From NCBI GenBank assembly GCA_002269645.1, contig NIVC01000149.1, positions 124,001-188,000 on the forward strand: a stretch of 64,000 bases of DNA. Direction: 5' to 3'. Origin of the DNA: Macrostomum lignano. Taxonomy: Eukaryota. The notes below the pieces were generated by a model. That model did no database searches. It saw only the letters and a program-made list of their open reading frames with translations, and had not been told where the DNA came from. Positions 36,001 through 50,161 of this stretch are shown here, piece after piece (position 1 is the stretch's first letter; each line of letters opens with the position of its first letter). Made by a program: the position numbers and the translations under genes.

Positions 36001-38128
36001 CATGGGGGGCGGCCAGCCCCCCACTATACCACTAGACTAACTAATGCCAGGGCGTGGGGGCGGCCAGCCCCCACTATACCACTAGACTAACTAATGCCAG
36101 GGGCGTGGGGGCGGCTAGCCCCCACTATACCACTATACCACTAGACTAACTAATGCCAGGGGCGTGGGGGGCGGCCAGCCCCCACTATACCACTTAGACT
36201 AACTAATGCCAGGGGCGTGGGGGCGGCCAGCCCCCCACTATACCACTATACCACTAGACTAACTAATGCCAGGGGCGTGGGGGCGGCTAGCCCCCACTAT
36301 ACCACTATACCACTAGACTAACTAATGCCATGGGCGTGGGGGGCGGCCAGCCCCCACTATACCACTAGACTAACTAATGCCAGGGGCGTGGGGGCGGCCA
36401 GTCCCCCACTATACCACTAGACTAACTAATGCCAGGGGCGTGGGGGGCGGCCAGTCCCCCACTATACCACTAGACTAACTAATGCCAGGGGCGTGGGGGC
36501 GGCCAGTCCCCCACTATACCACTAGACTAACTAATGCCAGGGGCGTGGGGGCGGCCAGCCCCCACTATACCACTAGACTAACTAATTCCAGGGGCGTGGG
36601 GGCGGCCAGCCCCCACTATACTACTAGACTAACTAATGCCAGGGGCGTGGGGTGCGGCGAGCCCCCCACTATACCACTAGAATAACTAATGCTAGGGGCG
36701 TGGGGGCGGCCAGCCCCCCACTATACCACTAGAATAACTAATGCTAGGGGCGTGGGGGCGGCGAGCCCCCTACTATACCACTAGACTAACTAATGCCAGG
36801 GGCGTGGGGGGCGGCCAGCCCCCCACTATACCACTATACCACTAGACTAACTAATGCCAGGGGCGTGGGGGCGGCCAGCCCCCCACTATACCACTAGACT
36901 AACTAATGCCAGGGGCGTGGGGGCGGCCAGCCCCCTACTATACCACTAGACTAACTAATGCCAGGGGCGTGGGGGGCGGCTAGCCCCCACTATACCACTA
37001 TACCACTAGACTAACTAATGTCAGGGGCGTGGGGGGCGGCCAGCCCCCACTATACCACTTAGACTAACTAATGCCAGGGGCGTGGGGGGCGGCCAGCCCC
37101 CACTATACCACTATACCACTAGACTAACTAATGCCAGGGGCGTGGGGGGCGGCCAGCCCCCACTATACCACTAGACTAACTAATGCCAGGGGCGTGGGGG
37201 CGGCCAGCCCCCTACTATACCACTAGACTAACTAATGCCAGGGGCGTGGGGGCGGCTAGCCCCCACTATACCACTATACCACTAGACTAACTAATGCCAG
37301 GGGCGTGGGGGCGGCCAGCCCCCCACTATACCACTTAGACTAACTAATGCCAGGGCGTGCGGGGCGGCCAGCCCCCACTATACCACTAGACTAACTAATG
37401 CCAGGGGCGTGGGGGGCGGCCAGCCCCCCACTATACCACTAGACTAACTAATGCCAGGGGCGTGGGGGCGGCTAGCCCCCCACTATACCACTATACCACT
37501 AGACTAACTAATGCCAGGGGCGTGGGGGGCGGCCAGCCCCCCACTATACCACTTAGACTAACTAATGCCAGGGGCATGGGGGCGGCCAGCCCCCCACTAT
37601 ACCACTAGACTAACTAATGCCAGGGGCGTGGGGGGCGGCCAGCCCCCCACTATACCACTAGACTAACTAATGCCAGGGGCGTGGGGGCGGCTAGCCCCCA
37701 CTATACCACTATACCACTAGACTAACTAATGCCAGGGGCGTGGGGGCGGCCAGCCCCCACTATACCACTTAGACTAACTAATGCCAGGGGCGTGGGGGCG
37801 GCCAGCCCCCACTATACCACTATACCACTAGACTAACTAATGCCAGGGGCGTGGGGGGCGGCTAGCCCCCACTATACCACTATACCACTAGACTAACTAA
37901 TGCCATGGGCGTGGGGGCGGCCAGCCCCCACTATACCACTAGACTAACTAATGCCAGGGGCGTGGGGGGCGGCCAGTCCCCCACTATACCACTAGACTAA
38001 CTAATGCCAGGGGCGTGGGGGCGGCCAGTCCCCCACTATACCACTAGACTAACTAATGCCAGGGCGTGGGGGGCGGCCAGCCCCCACTATACCACTAGAC
38101 TAACTAATGCCAGGGGCGTGGGGGGCTT
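33045..38128. repeat. GC-rich ~51-bp satellite array 1 (ACTAGACTAACTAATGCCAGGGGCGTGGGGGCGGCCAGCCCCCACTATACC)
   Basis: About 95-100 tandem units; higher-order period ~1.575 kb. Confidence 0.98.
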
Positions 38129-38239
38129 TTTAGCTCTCAATTTAGGTTAAATAAATAGATGTCATAGCCATAAACAATAATGGACACAATATATACCCAT
38201 CGTCCCACCTTTGAAGACGACAGCGTCTTCATTCACTAG

Positions 38240-41200
38240 TTGTGGGACGATGAGCCAGTAAGTAGTATAGAAAAAAAGGCGAGCGAAGCGAGAATTTTTT
38301 TCTATGCTGCTTACTTTTGCGAAATCGTCCCTGATAAGATGTAGCAACGGTGTCACATAGGAAAATGACGTTTTTCAACTTTTAAACGCTGCCAATAAAA
38401 AACGGTGCAACCGATTTACAAACAGTTTTTGCCAAAATGTGTCAAAGACCTAGCACTATCGGATGCACAATAGTTGGTTGCCATGGCAATGCGTTTTGGT
38501 TGCCATGGCAACCAAAAACTGCGTTTTTTCAACTTTTTCAAAAAATTTGATCTTAATTACAGCGGCAGGAAATTATGGCAGCGCTTAGTGAGTGTGCTCA
38601 ATAGACGCGGGCATTTGAACGCTACAATGATCTGAAATGGATTTTTTGATTGTACTTTCACTTTACAGGTAAAAGTACAAAAAACGTGTTTTTTGAGGTC
38701 GAAAAATTGGCATTTTTTCCAACTTTGCCTCACCGCAGCAAAAAGGACGCGCGATAGCGCGGCCTTTGAGCTGCCTCCTAGCGTTGACAACACTTGGGGC
38801 TGTCTGATGCGCTAGATTTTTTTTGGCTAAAATGTACTTTTCACATGGCTGCCTATCTGCTGTTTAAAAGTACAAATTTTTAGTGCACTTTTGTGAGGCT
38901 TATGGCGTCGAGATGGAAAACTTTATTTTTGCTGTTTTGTATACCAAATAACTCAAATGGATGTCTTTTAATCGGAAACATCGAGATTTGGCCGATTGGG
39001 CCATCAATAACCTGCCCAGGTGCCAAAGAGTGCCTAAAAACGACATTTTCGAAAAATTGGGTCACGTTTTTAAAAAGTAGTCCCAAAAAATAAGGAAGCG
39101 TTTTATGCTACGGTGTTGAGACTTTAACACAACGTGTCAAACATTTGGAAATTTGTTTTCCTGAATTTTCTAAGCATTTGGACCTACCTGTGCGGAGCAG
39201 TGACCCGGAAACCAGGGAAAAAAGGGCCGGGGCTCTGCAGAAAATCAAACGTTGTTAAGGAAATTTTTTTAAAATGGGGCGAATTTTTTCGAGTGTAGTG
39301 TCAAATTGTAGCCCATCGGATGCCCTTTTGAATGACATAAGACACTCTGGAAAAAACCCCTGTTAACAGGTACTTTTTACCGGTTAAGTGAAAAACGGCC
39401 CATTTGGGGGTACAAACTTTGAAGTCGAAAAATAAGAAATTTTGCGCACCGATTTTTCTGCATTTTCAATATTGTTTAGTCGAATAGCTAAAGTTTCACC
39501 GGTCATACGCCAATATGGCTGGAAAATTCGTATTTTTGAGCAAACTGCATCTGATTTTTAAAAATGCAATCTATACCACTATACCACTAGACTAACTAAT
39601 GCCAGGGGCGTGGGGGGCGGCCAGCCCCCCACTATACCACTAGACTAACTAATGCCAGGGGCGTGGGGGGCGGCCAGCCCCCACTATACCACTAGACTAA
39701 CTAATGCCAGGGGCGTGGGGGCGGCCAGCCCCCCACTATACCACTAGACTAACTAATGCCAGGGGCGTGGGGGCGGCCAGCCCCCCACTATACCACTAGA
39801 CTAATAAATGCCAGGGCGTGGGGGGCGGCCAGCCCCCCACTATACCACTAGACTAACTAATGCCAGGGGCGTGGGGGGCGGCCAGCCCCCACTATACCAC
39901 TATACCACTAGACTAACTAATGCCAGGGGCGTGGGGCGGCCAGCCCCCACTATACCACTAGACTAACTAATGCCAGGGGCGTGGGGGCGGCCAGCCCCCC
40001 ACTATACCACTAGACTAACTAATGCCAGGGGCGTGGGGGCGGCCAGCCCCCCACTATACCACTAGACTAACTAATGCCAGGGGCGTGGGGGCGGCCAGCC
40101 CCCACTATACCACTAGACTAATAAATGCCAGGGGCGTGGGGGCGGCCAGCCCCCCACTATACCACTAGACTAACTAATGCCAGGGGCGTGGGGGCGGCCA
40201 GCCCCCCACTATACCACTAGACTAACTAATGCCAGGGGCGTGGGGGGCCAGCCCCCCACTATACCACTAGACTAATAATGCCAGGGGCGTGGGGGCGGCC
40301 AGCCCCCCACTATACCACTAGACTAACTAATGCCAGGGGCGTGGGGGCGGCCAGCCCCCCACTATACCACTATACCACTAGACTAACTAATGCCAGGGGC
40401 GTGGGGGCGGCCAGCCCCCACTATACCACTAGACTAACTAATGCCAGGGGCGTGGGGGCGGCCAGCCCCCCACTATACCACTAGACTAACTAATGCCAGG
40501 GGCGTGGGGGCGGCCAGCCCCCCACTATACCACTAGACTAACTAATGCCAGGGGCGTGGGGGGCGGCCAGCCCCCACTATACCACTAGACTAACTAATGC
40601 CAGGGGCGTGGGGGCGGCCAGCCCCCCACTATACCACTAGACTAACTAATGCCAGGGGCGTGGGGGCGGCCAGCCCCCCACTATACCACTATACACTAGA
40701 CTAACTAATGCCAGGGGCGTGGGGGCGGCCAGCCCCCCACTATACCACTAGACTAACTAATGCCAGGGGCGTGGGGGCGGCCAGCCCCCACTAACCACTA
40801 GACTAACTAATGCCAGGGGCGTGGGGGGCGGCCAGCCCCCACTATACCACTAGACTAACTAATGCCAGGGGCGTGGGGGGCGGCCAGCCCCCACTAACCA
40901 CTAGACTAACTAATGCCAGGGGCGTGGGGGCGGCCAGCCCCCACTATACCACTAGACTAACTAATGCCAGGGGCGTGGGGGGCGGCCAGCCCCCCACTAT
41001 ACCACTAGACTAACTAATGCCAGGGGCGTGGGGGCGGCCAGCCCCCACTATACCACTATACCACTAGACTAACTAATGCCAGGGGCGTGGGGGCGGCCAG
41101 CCCCCCACTATACCACTAGACTAACTAATGCCAGGGGCGTGGGGGCGGCCAGCCCCCACTATACCACTAGACTAACTAATGCCAGGGGCGTGGGGGGCGG

Positions 41201-44036
41201 CCAGCCCCCCACTATACCACTTAGACTAACTAATGCCAGGGGCGTGGGGGCGGCCAGCCCCCCACTATACCACTAGACTAACTAATGCCAGGGGCGTGGG
41301 GGCGGCCAGCCCCCCACTATACCACTAGACTAACTAATGCCAGGGGCGTGGGGGCGGCCAGCCCCCACTATACCACTATACCACTAGACTAACTAATGCC
41401 AGGGGCGTGGGGGCGGCCAGCCCCCACTATACCACTAGACTAACTAATGCCAGGGGCGTGGGGGCGGCCAGCCCCCCTATACCACTATACCACTAGACTA
41501 ACTAATGCCAGGGGCGTGGGGGCGGCTAGCCCCCACTATACCACTAGACTAACTAATGCCAGGGGCGTGGGGGCGGCCAGCCCCCTACTATACCACTAGA
41601 CTAACTAATGCCAGGGGCGTGGGGGCGGCCAGCCCCCACTATACCACTATACCACTAGACTAACTAATGCCAGGGGCGTGGGGGGCGGCCAGCCCCCCAC
41701 TATACCACTTAGACTAACTAATGCCAGGGGCGTGGGGGCGGCCAGCCCCCCACTATACCACTAGACTAACTAATGCCAGGGGCGTGGGGGCGGCCAGCCC
41801 CCACTATACCACTAGACTAACTAATGCCAGGGGCGTGGGGGCGGCCAGCCCCCACTATACCACTATACTAGACTAACTAATGCCAGGGGCGTGGGGGCGG
41901 CCAGCCCCCACTATACCACTAGACTAACTAATGCCAGGGGCGTGGGGGCGGCCAGCCCCCCACTATACCACTAGACTAACTAATGCCAGGGGCGTGGGGG
42001 GCGGCCAGCCCCCCACTATACCACTAGACTAACTAATGCCAGGGGCGTGGGGGGCGGCCAGCCCCCCACTATACCACTATACCACTAGACTAACTAATGC
42101 CAGGGGCGTGGGGGCGGCCAGCCCCCCACTATACCACTTAGACTAACTAATGCCAGGGGCGTGGGGGCGGCCAGCCCCCACTATACCACTATACCACTAG
42201 ACTAACTAATGCCAGGGGCGTGGGGGGCGGCCAGCCCCCACTATACCACTAGACTAACTAATGCCAGGGCGTGGGGGGCGGCCAGCCCCCACTATACCAC
42301 TAGACTAACTAATGCCAGGGGCGTGGGGGGCGGCCAGTCCCCCACTATACCACTAGACTAACTAATGCCAGGGGCGTGGGGGGCGGCCAGCCCCCACTAT
42401 ACCACTAGACTAACTAATGCCAGGGGCGTGGGGGCGGCCAGCCCCCACTATACCACTAGACTAACTAATGCCAGGGGCGTGGGGGGCGGCCAGCCCCCAC
42501 TATACCACTAGACTAACTAATGCCAGGGGCGTGGGGGCGGCCAGCCCCCACTATACCACTAGACTAACTAATGCCAGGGGCGTGGGGGCGGCGAGCCCCC
42601 ACTATACCACTAGAATAACTAATGCTAGGGGCGTGGGGGCGGCCAGCCCCCACTATACCACTAGACTAACTAATGCCAGGGGCGTGGGGGCGGCCAGCCC
42701 CCTACTATACCACTAGACTAACTAATGCCAGGGGCGTGGGGGGCGGCCAGCCCCCACTATACCACTATACCACTAGACTAACTAATGCCAGGGGCGTGGG
42801 GGGCGGCCAGCCCCCACTATACCACTAGACTAACTAATGCCAGGGGCGTGGGGGCGGCCAGCCCCCTACTATACCACTAGACTAACTAATGCCAGGGGCG
42901 TGGGGGCGGCCAGCCCCCACTATACCACTATACCACTAGACTAACTAATGCCAGGGGCGTGGGGGCGGCCAGCCCCCACTATACCACTAGACTAACTAAT
43001 GCCAGGGGCGTGGGGGGCGGCCAGCCCCCACTATACCTATACTAGACTAACTAATGCCAGGGGCGTGGGGGGCGGCCAGCCCCCACTATACCACTAGACT
43101 AACTAATGCCAGGGGCGTGGGGGGCGGCCAGCCCCCACTATACCACTATACCACTAGACTAACTAATGCCAGGGGCGTGGGGGGCGGCCAGCCCCCCACT
43201 ATACCACTAGACTAACTAATGCCAGGGGCGTGGGGGGCGGCCAGCCCCCACTATACCACTAGACTAACTAATGCCAGGGGCGTGGGGGCGGCCAGCCCCC
43301 ACTATACCACTAGACTAACTAATGCCAGGGGCGTGGGGGGCGGCCAGCCCCCACTATACCACTATACTAACTAATGCCAGGGGCGTGGGGGGCGGCCAGC
43401 CCCCACTATACCACTAGACTAACTAATGCCAGGGGCGTGGGGGGCGGCCAGCCCCCCACTATACCACTAGACTAACTAATGCCAGGGGCGTGGGGGGCGG
43501 CCAGCCCCCACTATACCACTAGACTAACTAATGCCAGGGGCGTGGGGGCGGCCAGCCCCCACTATACCACTAGACTAACTAATGCCAGGGGCGTGGGGGG
43601 CGGCAGCCCCCACTATACCACTAGACTAACTAATGCCAGGGGCGTGGGGGGCGGCCAGCCCCCACTATACCACTATACCACTAGACTAACTAATGCCAGG
43701 GGCGTGGGGGCGGCCAGCCCCCACTATACCACTATACCTACTAACTAACTAATGGGGGCGTGGGGGCGGCCAGCCCCCACTATACCACTAGACTAACTAA
43801 TGCCAGGGGCGTGGGGGCGGCCAGTCCCCCACTATACCACTAGACTAACTAATGCCAGGGGCGTGGGGGGCGGCCAGCCCCCACTATACCACTAGACTAA
43901 CTAATGCCAGGGGCGTGGGGGGCTTTTTAGCTCTCAATTTAGGTTAAATAAATAGATGTCATAGCCATAAACAATAATGGACACAATATATACCCATCGT
44001 CCCACCTTTGAAGACGACAGCGTCTTCATTCACTAG
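38240..44036 (+). mobile_element. Non-autonomous Helentron-like element, unit 2 (head-to-tail)
   Basis: Junction CACTAG|TTGTGGGACGATG at 38239/38240 and again at 44036/44037; left arm shorter than in unit 1. Confidence 0.8.
39572..43925. repeat. GC-rich ~51-bp satellite array 2
   Basis: Same monomer as array 1. Confidence 0.98.
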
Positions 44037-47000
44037 TTGTGGGACGATGAGCCAGTAAGTAGTATAGAAAAAAAGGCGAGCGAAGCGAGAATTTTTTTCT
44101 ATGCTGCTTACTTTTGCGAAATCGTCCCTGATAAGATGTAGCAACGGTGTCACATAGGAAAATGACGTTTTTCAACTTTTAAACGCTGCCAATAAAAAAC
44201 GGTGCAACCGATTTACAAACAGTTTTTGCCAAAATGTGTCAAAGACCTAGCACTATCGGATGCACAATAGTTGGTTGCCATGGCAATGCGTTTTGGTTGC
44301 CATGGCAACCAAAAACTGCGTTTTTTCAACTTTTTCAAAAAATTTGATCTTAATTACAGCGGCAGGAAATTATGGCAGCGCTTAGTGAGTGTGCTCAATA
44401 GACGCGGGCATTTGAACGCTACAATGATCTGAAATGGATTTTTTGATTGTACTTTCACTTTACAGGTAAAAGTACAAAAAACGTGTTTTTTGAGGTCGAA
44501 AAATTGGCATTTTTTCCAACTTTGCCTCACCGCAGCAAAAAGGACGCGCGATAGCGCGGCCTTTGAGCTGCCTCCTAGCGTTGACAACACTTGGGGCTGT
44601 CTGATGCGCTAGATTTTTTTTGGCTAAAATGTACTTTTCACATGGCTGCCTATCTGCTGTTTAAAAGTACAAATTTTTAGTGCACTTTTGTGAGGCTTAT
44701 GGCGTCGAGATGGAAAACTTTATTTTTGCTGTTTTGTATACCAAATAACTCAAATGGATGTCTTTTAATCGGAAACATCGAGATTTGGCCGATTGGGCCA
44801 TCAATAACCTGCCCAGGTGCCAAAGAGTGCCTAAAAACGACATTTTCGAAAAATTGGGTCACGTTTTTAAAAAGTAGTCCCAAAAAATAAGGAAGCGTTT
44901 TATGCTACGGTGTTGAGACTTTAACACAACGTGTCAAACATTTGGAAATTTGTTTTCCTGAATTTTCTAAGCATTTGGACCTACCTGTGCGGAGCAGTGA
45001 CCCGGAAACCAGGGAAAAAAGGGCCCGGGGCTCTGCAGAAAATCAAACGTTGTTAAGGAAATTTTTTTAAAATGGGGCGAATTTTTTCGAGTGTAGTGTC
45101 AAATTGTAGCCCATCGGATGCCCTTTTGAATGACATAAGACACTCTGGAAAAAACCCCTGTTAACAGGTACTTTTTACCGGTTAAGTGAAAAACGGCCCA
45201 TTTGGGGTACAAACTTTGAAGTCGAAAAATAAGAAATTTTGCGCACCGATTTTTCTGCATTTTCAATATTGTTTAGTCGAATAGCTAAAGTTTCACCGGT
45301 CATACGCCAATATGGCTGGAAAATTCGTATTTTTGAGCAAACTGCATCTGATTTTTAAAAATGCAATCTATACCACTATACCACTAGACTAACTAATGCC
45401 AGGGGCGTGGGGGCGGCCAGCCCCCACTATACCACTAGACTAACTAATGCCAGGGGCGTGGGGGCGGCCAGCCCCCCACTATACCACTAGACTAACTAAT
45501 GCCAGGGGCGTGGGGGCGGCCAGCCCCCCACTATACCACTAGACTAACTAATGCCAGGGGCGTGGGGGGCGGCCAGCCCCCCACTATACCACTAGACTAA
45601 TAAATGCCAGGGGCGTGGGGGCGGCCAGCCCCCACTATACCACTAGACTAACTAATGCCAGGGGCGTGGGGGGCGGCCAGCCCCCCACTATACCACTATA
45701 CCACTAGACTAACTAATGCCAGGGGCGTGGGGGCGGCCAGCCCCCCACTATACCACTAGACTAACTAATGCCAGGGGCGTGGGGGGCGGCCAGCCCCCCA
45801 CTATACCACTAGACTAACTAATGCCAGGGGCGTGGGGCGGCCAGCCCCCCACTATACCACTAGACTAACTAATGCCAGGGGCGTGGGGGGCGGCCAGCCC
45901 CCCACTATACCACTAGACTAATAAATGCCAGGGGCGTGGGGGGGGGCCCGCCCCCCACTATACCACTAGACTAACTAATGCCAGGGGCGTGGGGGCGGCC
46001 AGCCCCCCACTATACCACTAGACTAACTAATGCCAGGGGCGTGGGGGGCGGCCAGCCCCCCACTATACCACTAGACTAATAAATGCCAGGGGCGTGGGGG
46101 GCGGCCAGCCCCCCACTATACCACTAGACTAACTAATGCCAGGGGCGTGGGGGGCGGCCAGCCCCCACTATACCACTATACCACTAGACTAACTAATGCC
46201 AGGGGCGTGGGGGCGGCCAGCCCCCCACTATACCACTAGACTAACTAATGCCAGGGGCGTGGGGGCGGCCAGCCCCCCAGTAAACCACTAGACTAACTAA
46301 TGCCAGGGGCGTGGGGGGCGGCTAGCCCCCCACTATACCACTAGACTAACTAATGCCAGGGGCGTGGGGGCGGCCAGCCCCCCACTAAACCACTAGACTA
46401 ACTAATGCCAGGGGCGTGGGGGGCGGCCAGTCCCCCACTATACCACTAGACTAACTAATGCCAGGGGCGTGGGGGGCGGCCAGCCCCCCACTATACCACT
46501 AGACTAACTAATGCCAGGGGCGTGGGGGGCGGCCAGCCCCCCACTATACCACTATACCACTAGACTAACTAATGCCAGGGGCGTGGGGGCCGGCCAGCCC
46601 CCCACTATACCACTAGACTAATAAATGCCAGGGGCGTTGGGGGGCGGCCAGCCCCTACTATACCACTAGACTAACTAATGCCAGGGGCGTGGGGGCGGCC
46701 AGCCCCCACTATACCACTTAGACTAACTAATGCCAGGGGCGTGGGGGGCGGCCAGCCCCCCACTATTCCACTAGACTAACTAATGCCAGGGGCGTGGGGG
46801 GCGGCCAGCCCCCCACTATACCACTAGACTAACTAATGCCAGGGGCGTGGGGGGCGGCTAGCCCCCACTATACCACTATACCACTAGACTAACTAATGCC
46901 AGGGGCGTAGGGGGCGGCCAGCCCCCCACTATACCACTTAGAATAACTAATGCCAGGGGCGTGGGGGGCGGCCAGCCCCCCCCCTATACCACTATACCAC

Positions 47001-47873
47001 TAGACTAACTAATGCCAGGGGCGTGGGGGGCGGCTAGCCCCCCACTATACCACTAGACTAACTAATGCCAGGGGCGTGGGGGCCGGCCAGCCCCCCACTA
47101 TACCACTAGACTAATAAATGCCAGGGGCGTTGGGGGGGCGGCCAGCCCCCTACTATACCACTAGACTAACTAATGCCAGGGGCGTGGGGGGCGGCCAGCC
47201 CCCCACTATACCACTTAGACTAACTAATGCCAGGGGCGTGGGGGCGGCCAGCCCCCCACTATTCCACTAGACTAACTAATGCCAGGGGCGTGGGGGGCGG
47301 CCAGCCCCCCACTATACCACTAGACTAACTAATGCCAGGGGCGTGGGGGGCGGCTAGCCCCCCACTATACCACTATACCACTAGACTAACTAATGCCAGG
47401 GGCGTAGGGGGCGGCCAGCCCCCCACTATACCACTTAGAATAACTAATGCCAGGGGCGTGGGGGGCGGCCAGCCCCCCCCCCCCCTATACCACTATACCA
47501 CTGGACTAACTAATGCCAGGGGCGTGGGGGCGGCTAGCCCCCCACTATACCACTATACCACTAGACTAACTAATGCCAGGGGCGTGGGGGGCGGCTAGCC
47601 CCCCACTATACCACTATACCACTAGACTAACTAATGCCAGGGGCGTGGGGGGCGGCCAGCCCCCCACTATACCACTAGATTAACTAATGCCAGGGGCGTG
47701 GGGGGCGGCCAGTCCCCCACTATACCACTAGACTAACTAATGCCAGGGGCGTGGGGGGGCTTTTTAGCTCTCAATTTAGGTTAAATAAATAGATGTCATA
47801 GCCATAAACAATAATGGACACAATATAAACCATCGTCCCACCTTTGAAGACGACAGCGTCTTCATTTTACTAG
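44037..47873 (+). mobile_element. Non-autonomous Helentron-like element, unit 3
   Basis: Left arm near-identical to unit 2; ends CCATCGTCCCAC...GAAGACGACAGCGTCTTC-ATTTTACTAG|TT, followed by the resumed snoRNA spacer. Confidence 0.8.
45368..47762. repeat. GC-rich ~51-bp satellite array 3
   Basis: Same monomer as array 1. Confidence 0.98.
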
Positions 47874-48124
47874 TTATATTTAAACAGTTCTTGGCTCGAC
47901 TACAACTTAATAGACCTTAATGCATTCTTGGTAATAACTATGCGAAAGTCACTTTAAAATGATTAACTACGAGTAAGTTACTAGTGTAAAATTAAGCAAC
48001 ATAATGTCAGGTAAAGATATTTACAAAATTATAAAATCACTTTTGTACAGTAGTGATCCAGTGCATTAAGAATGCCTGAGAAGTGCAACATCTCTGGTGC
48101 TTTAGCAACAGGCAGTTTGTTTGC

Positions 48125-48302
48125 TGACTCGCCAGTGTTGCCGGTCCGCTCTGTGCACAATTTCATTATTGTGCAACAGCATAGCAGTCTGGGGTCAACG
48201 CGAGTCTACAGAACGCGTGAGATCGGCCTTCTCCACGAGTCGCTGCCGCTGTGCCTTCTTGCACCTTTTGGCTTGACGTCTCACTAACGGCTGATTACAG
48301 TC
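48125..48302 (+). ncRNA. Box H/ACA snoRNA, copy 4
   Basis: Same boxes and guides; one mismatch in the hairpin-2 upper stem (GTCTC). Confidence 0.8.
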
Positions 48303-48650
48303 TGATCTATATTGTTGGTAATAAATAGTACGGCAGGACCAAACAGATTTTTCTAGTCGGTACACTGTGACTCAGATTAATATCCAAACAGTCTGACTAG
48401 ATTACAACTTCAAAAGGACAAACAACTTTTGAATTGGCATCGCTTTTGTCTAAATACGAGCGCATATATCAGTAAGCTTCGAATTGACTTAGGACCTTTG
48501 ATGTAACTTGAACGTCTCTGCACTTTCAAATAAAAGCAGTTCTATTGAATGTATATGGAAATTGGAAGTTAACCTGTATGATGACAAATAGAGATATCTG
48601 TACAATGATGGAGTAGATTTTCAGCAGAAAGGTTAATTAATGTTAGTCTC

Positions 48651-48828
48651 TGACTCGCCAGTGTTGCCGGTCCGCTCTGTGCACAAATCCATTATTGTGC
48701 AACAGCATAGCAGTCTGGGGTCAACGCGAGTCTACAAAACGCGTGAGATCGGCCTTCTCCACGAGTCACTGCCGCCGTGCCTTCTTGCACCTTTTGGCAT
48801 GACGACTCACTAACGGCTGATTACAGTC
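48651..48828 (+). ncRNA. Box H/ACA snoRNA, copy 5
   Basis: H box variant ACAAAA still fits ANANNA; guides intact. Confidence 0.82.
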
Positions 48829-49122
48829 TCTGATATTGTTTTAGCAATATTCTTACGGCGAGGACCAACCGAATATTTAACCAGTCATTAAACAATGACT
48901 TGGATCATTTTCTAAACAGTCCATCACTTGATGCAAGTTAGCAGTTAGATCCCTAATACTCGTAGATAAGCAAGAATCACTCTTAATTGAATTAACTAAA
49001 TGAAAATTAACCCGCATAATGCCAGATAAAGATATATACAAGCTTAAATAGACAAAAGCACTTTTGTAGTGATCCTGTGCATTAAGAATTCCTGAGAAGT
49101 GCGCAACAGGCAGTTTGTTTGC

Positions 49123-49300
49123 TGACTCGCCAGTGTTGCCGGTCCGCTCTGTGCACAATTTCATTATTGCGCAACAGCATAGCAGTCTGGGGTCAACGCG
49201 AGTCTACAGAACGCGTGAGATCGGCCTTCTCCACGAGTCACTGCCGCTGTGCCTCCTTGCACCTTTTGGCTTGACGACTCACTAACGGCTGATTACAGTC
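49123..49300 (+). ncRNA. Box H/ACA snoRNA, copy 6
   Basis: Same fold, boxes and guides. Confidence 0.85.
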
Positions 49301-49626
49301 TCTGAAATCTTTTTAGTAATCAGTATGACAAAAACCAAATAATGCTGTAACCTGCTGTAAAACAAAGACTCTAGTTAATATTTAAACAGTTCTTGACTCG
49401 CCTACAACTTAATAGGCCTTAATGCGTTCTTGGTTGGTGGTCTAATAATTATGCGAAAGTCACTTAAAATGGTTAAACTACGAGTAAGTTAAAATTAGGC
49501 TGCATAATGTCAGGTAAAGATATCCACGAACTTACAACGGGCAAAAGCACTCTTGTCGTGATACAAGGCATGAAAAGTGCCTGAACAATACATTTTAGTG
49601 CTTTAGCAGACAGGCAGTTTGTTTGC

Positions 49627-49804
49627 TGACTCGCCAGTGTTGCCGGTCCGCTCTGTGCATAATTTCATTGATGTGCAACAGCATAGCAGTCTGGGGTCAA
49701 CGCGAGTCTACAGAACGCGTGAGATCGGCCTTCTCCACGAGTCACTGCCGCTATGCCTCCTTGCACCTTTTGGCTTGACGACTCACTAATGGCTGATTAC
49801 AGTC
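49627..49804 (+). ncRNA. Box H/ACA snoRNA, copy 7
   Basis: Same fold, boxes and guides. Confidence 0.85.
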
Positions 49805-50161
49805 TGATATTGTTTTAGCAATAATTTATGGCACGGACCAAACGAAGATTCGACTAGTCGTTAAACATTGACTCAAATTAATATGTAAGCGGTCCACGAC
49901 TTGATTACCACCTTAAAATGATAAATAAGTTTGCAATTAGCTCATCTTTTGTCCAAATACATATCGTAAGCTTTGAATTCAATCAAAACGTTTGATGTGA
50001 CTTGTAGAGGCCTTTTTTGAACTTGACAAATCCGATTACAAATAAAGACACTCTCAAGATACCAAACAAGCCACATGTGTAGTGATCAAAGGCATGCAAA
50101 ATGTACCTCAGCGAAACAGTGATGTAGCTATTGGACAGACGGGCTAGTCAATGATAGTCTC

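Larger units (their letters stand above)
30899..38239 (+). mobile_element. Non-autonomous Helentron/Helitron2-like element (HINE/DINE-type), unit 1
   Basis: 5' TT-GTGGGACGATGG subTIR; 3' CCATCGTCCCAC inverted copy; hairpin GAAGACG-ACAG-CGTCTTC; then ATTCACTAG. Internal tandem repeat; no Rep/helicase ORF. Confidence 0.8.

Noticed and set aside
34032-47598. Repeated short ORFs (MPGAWG..., YTTRLTNARGVG)
   Set aside because: Translations of the 51-bp satellite, broken by homopolymer-length variation.
48072-48287. ORF through the 178-bp repeat (DSPVLPVRSVHNF...), also 53357-53572
   Set aside because: Variation among copies is largely non-synonymous, one copy has a 1-nt deletion, there are no splice signals, and conservation tracks RNA structure.
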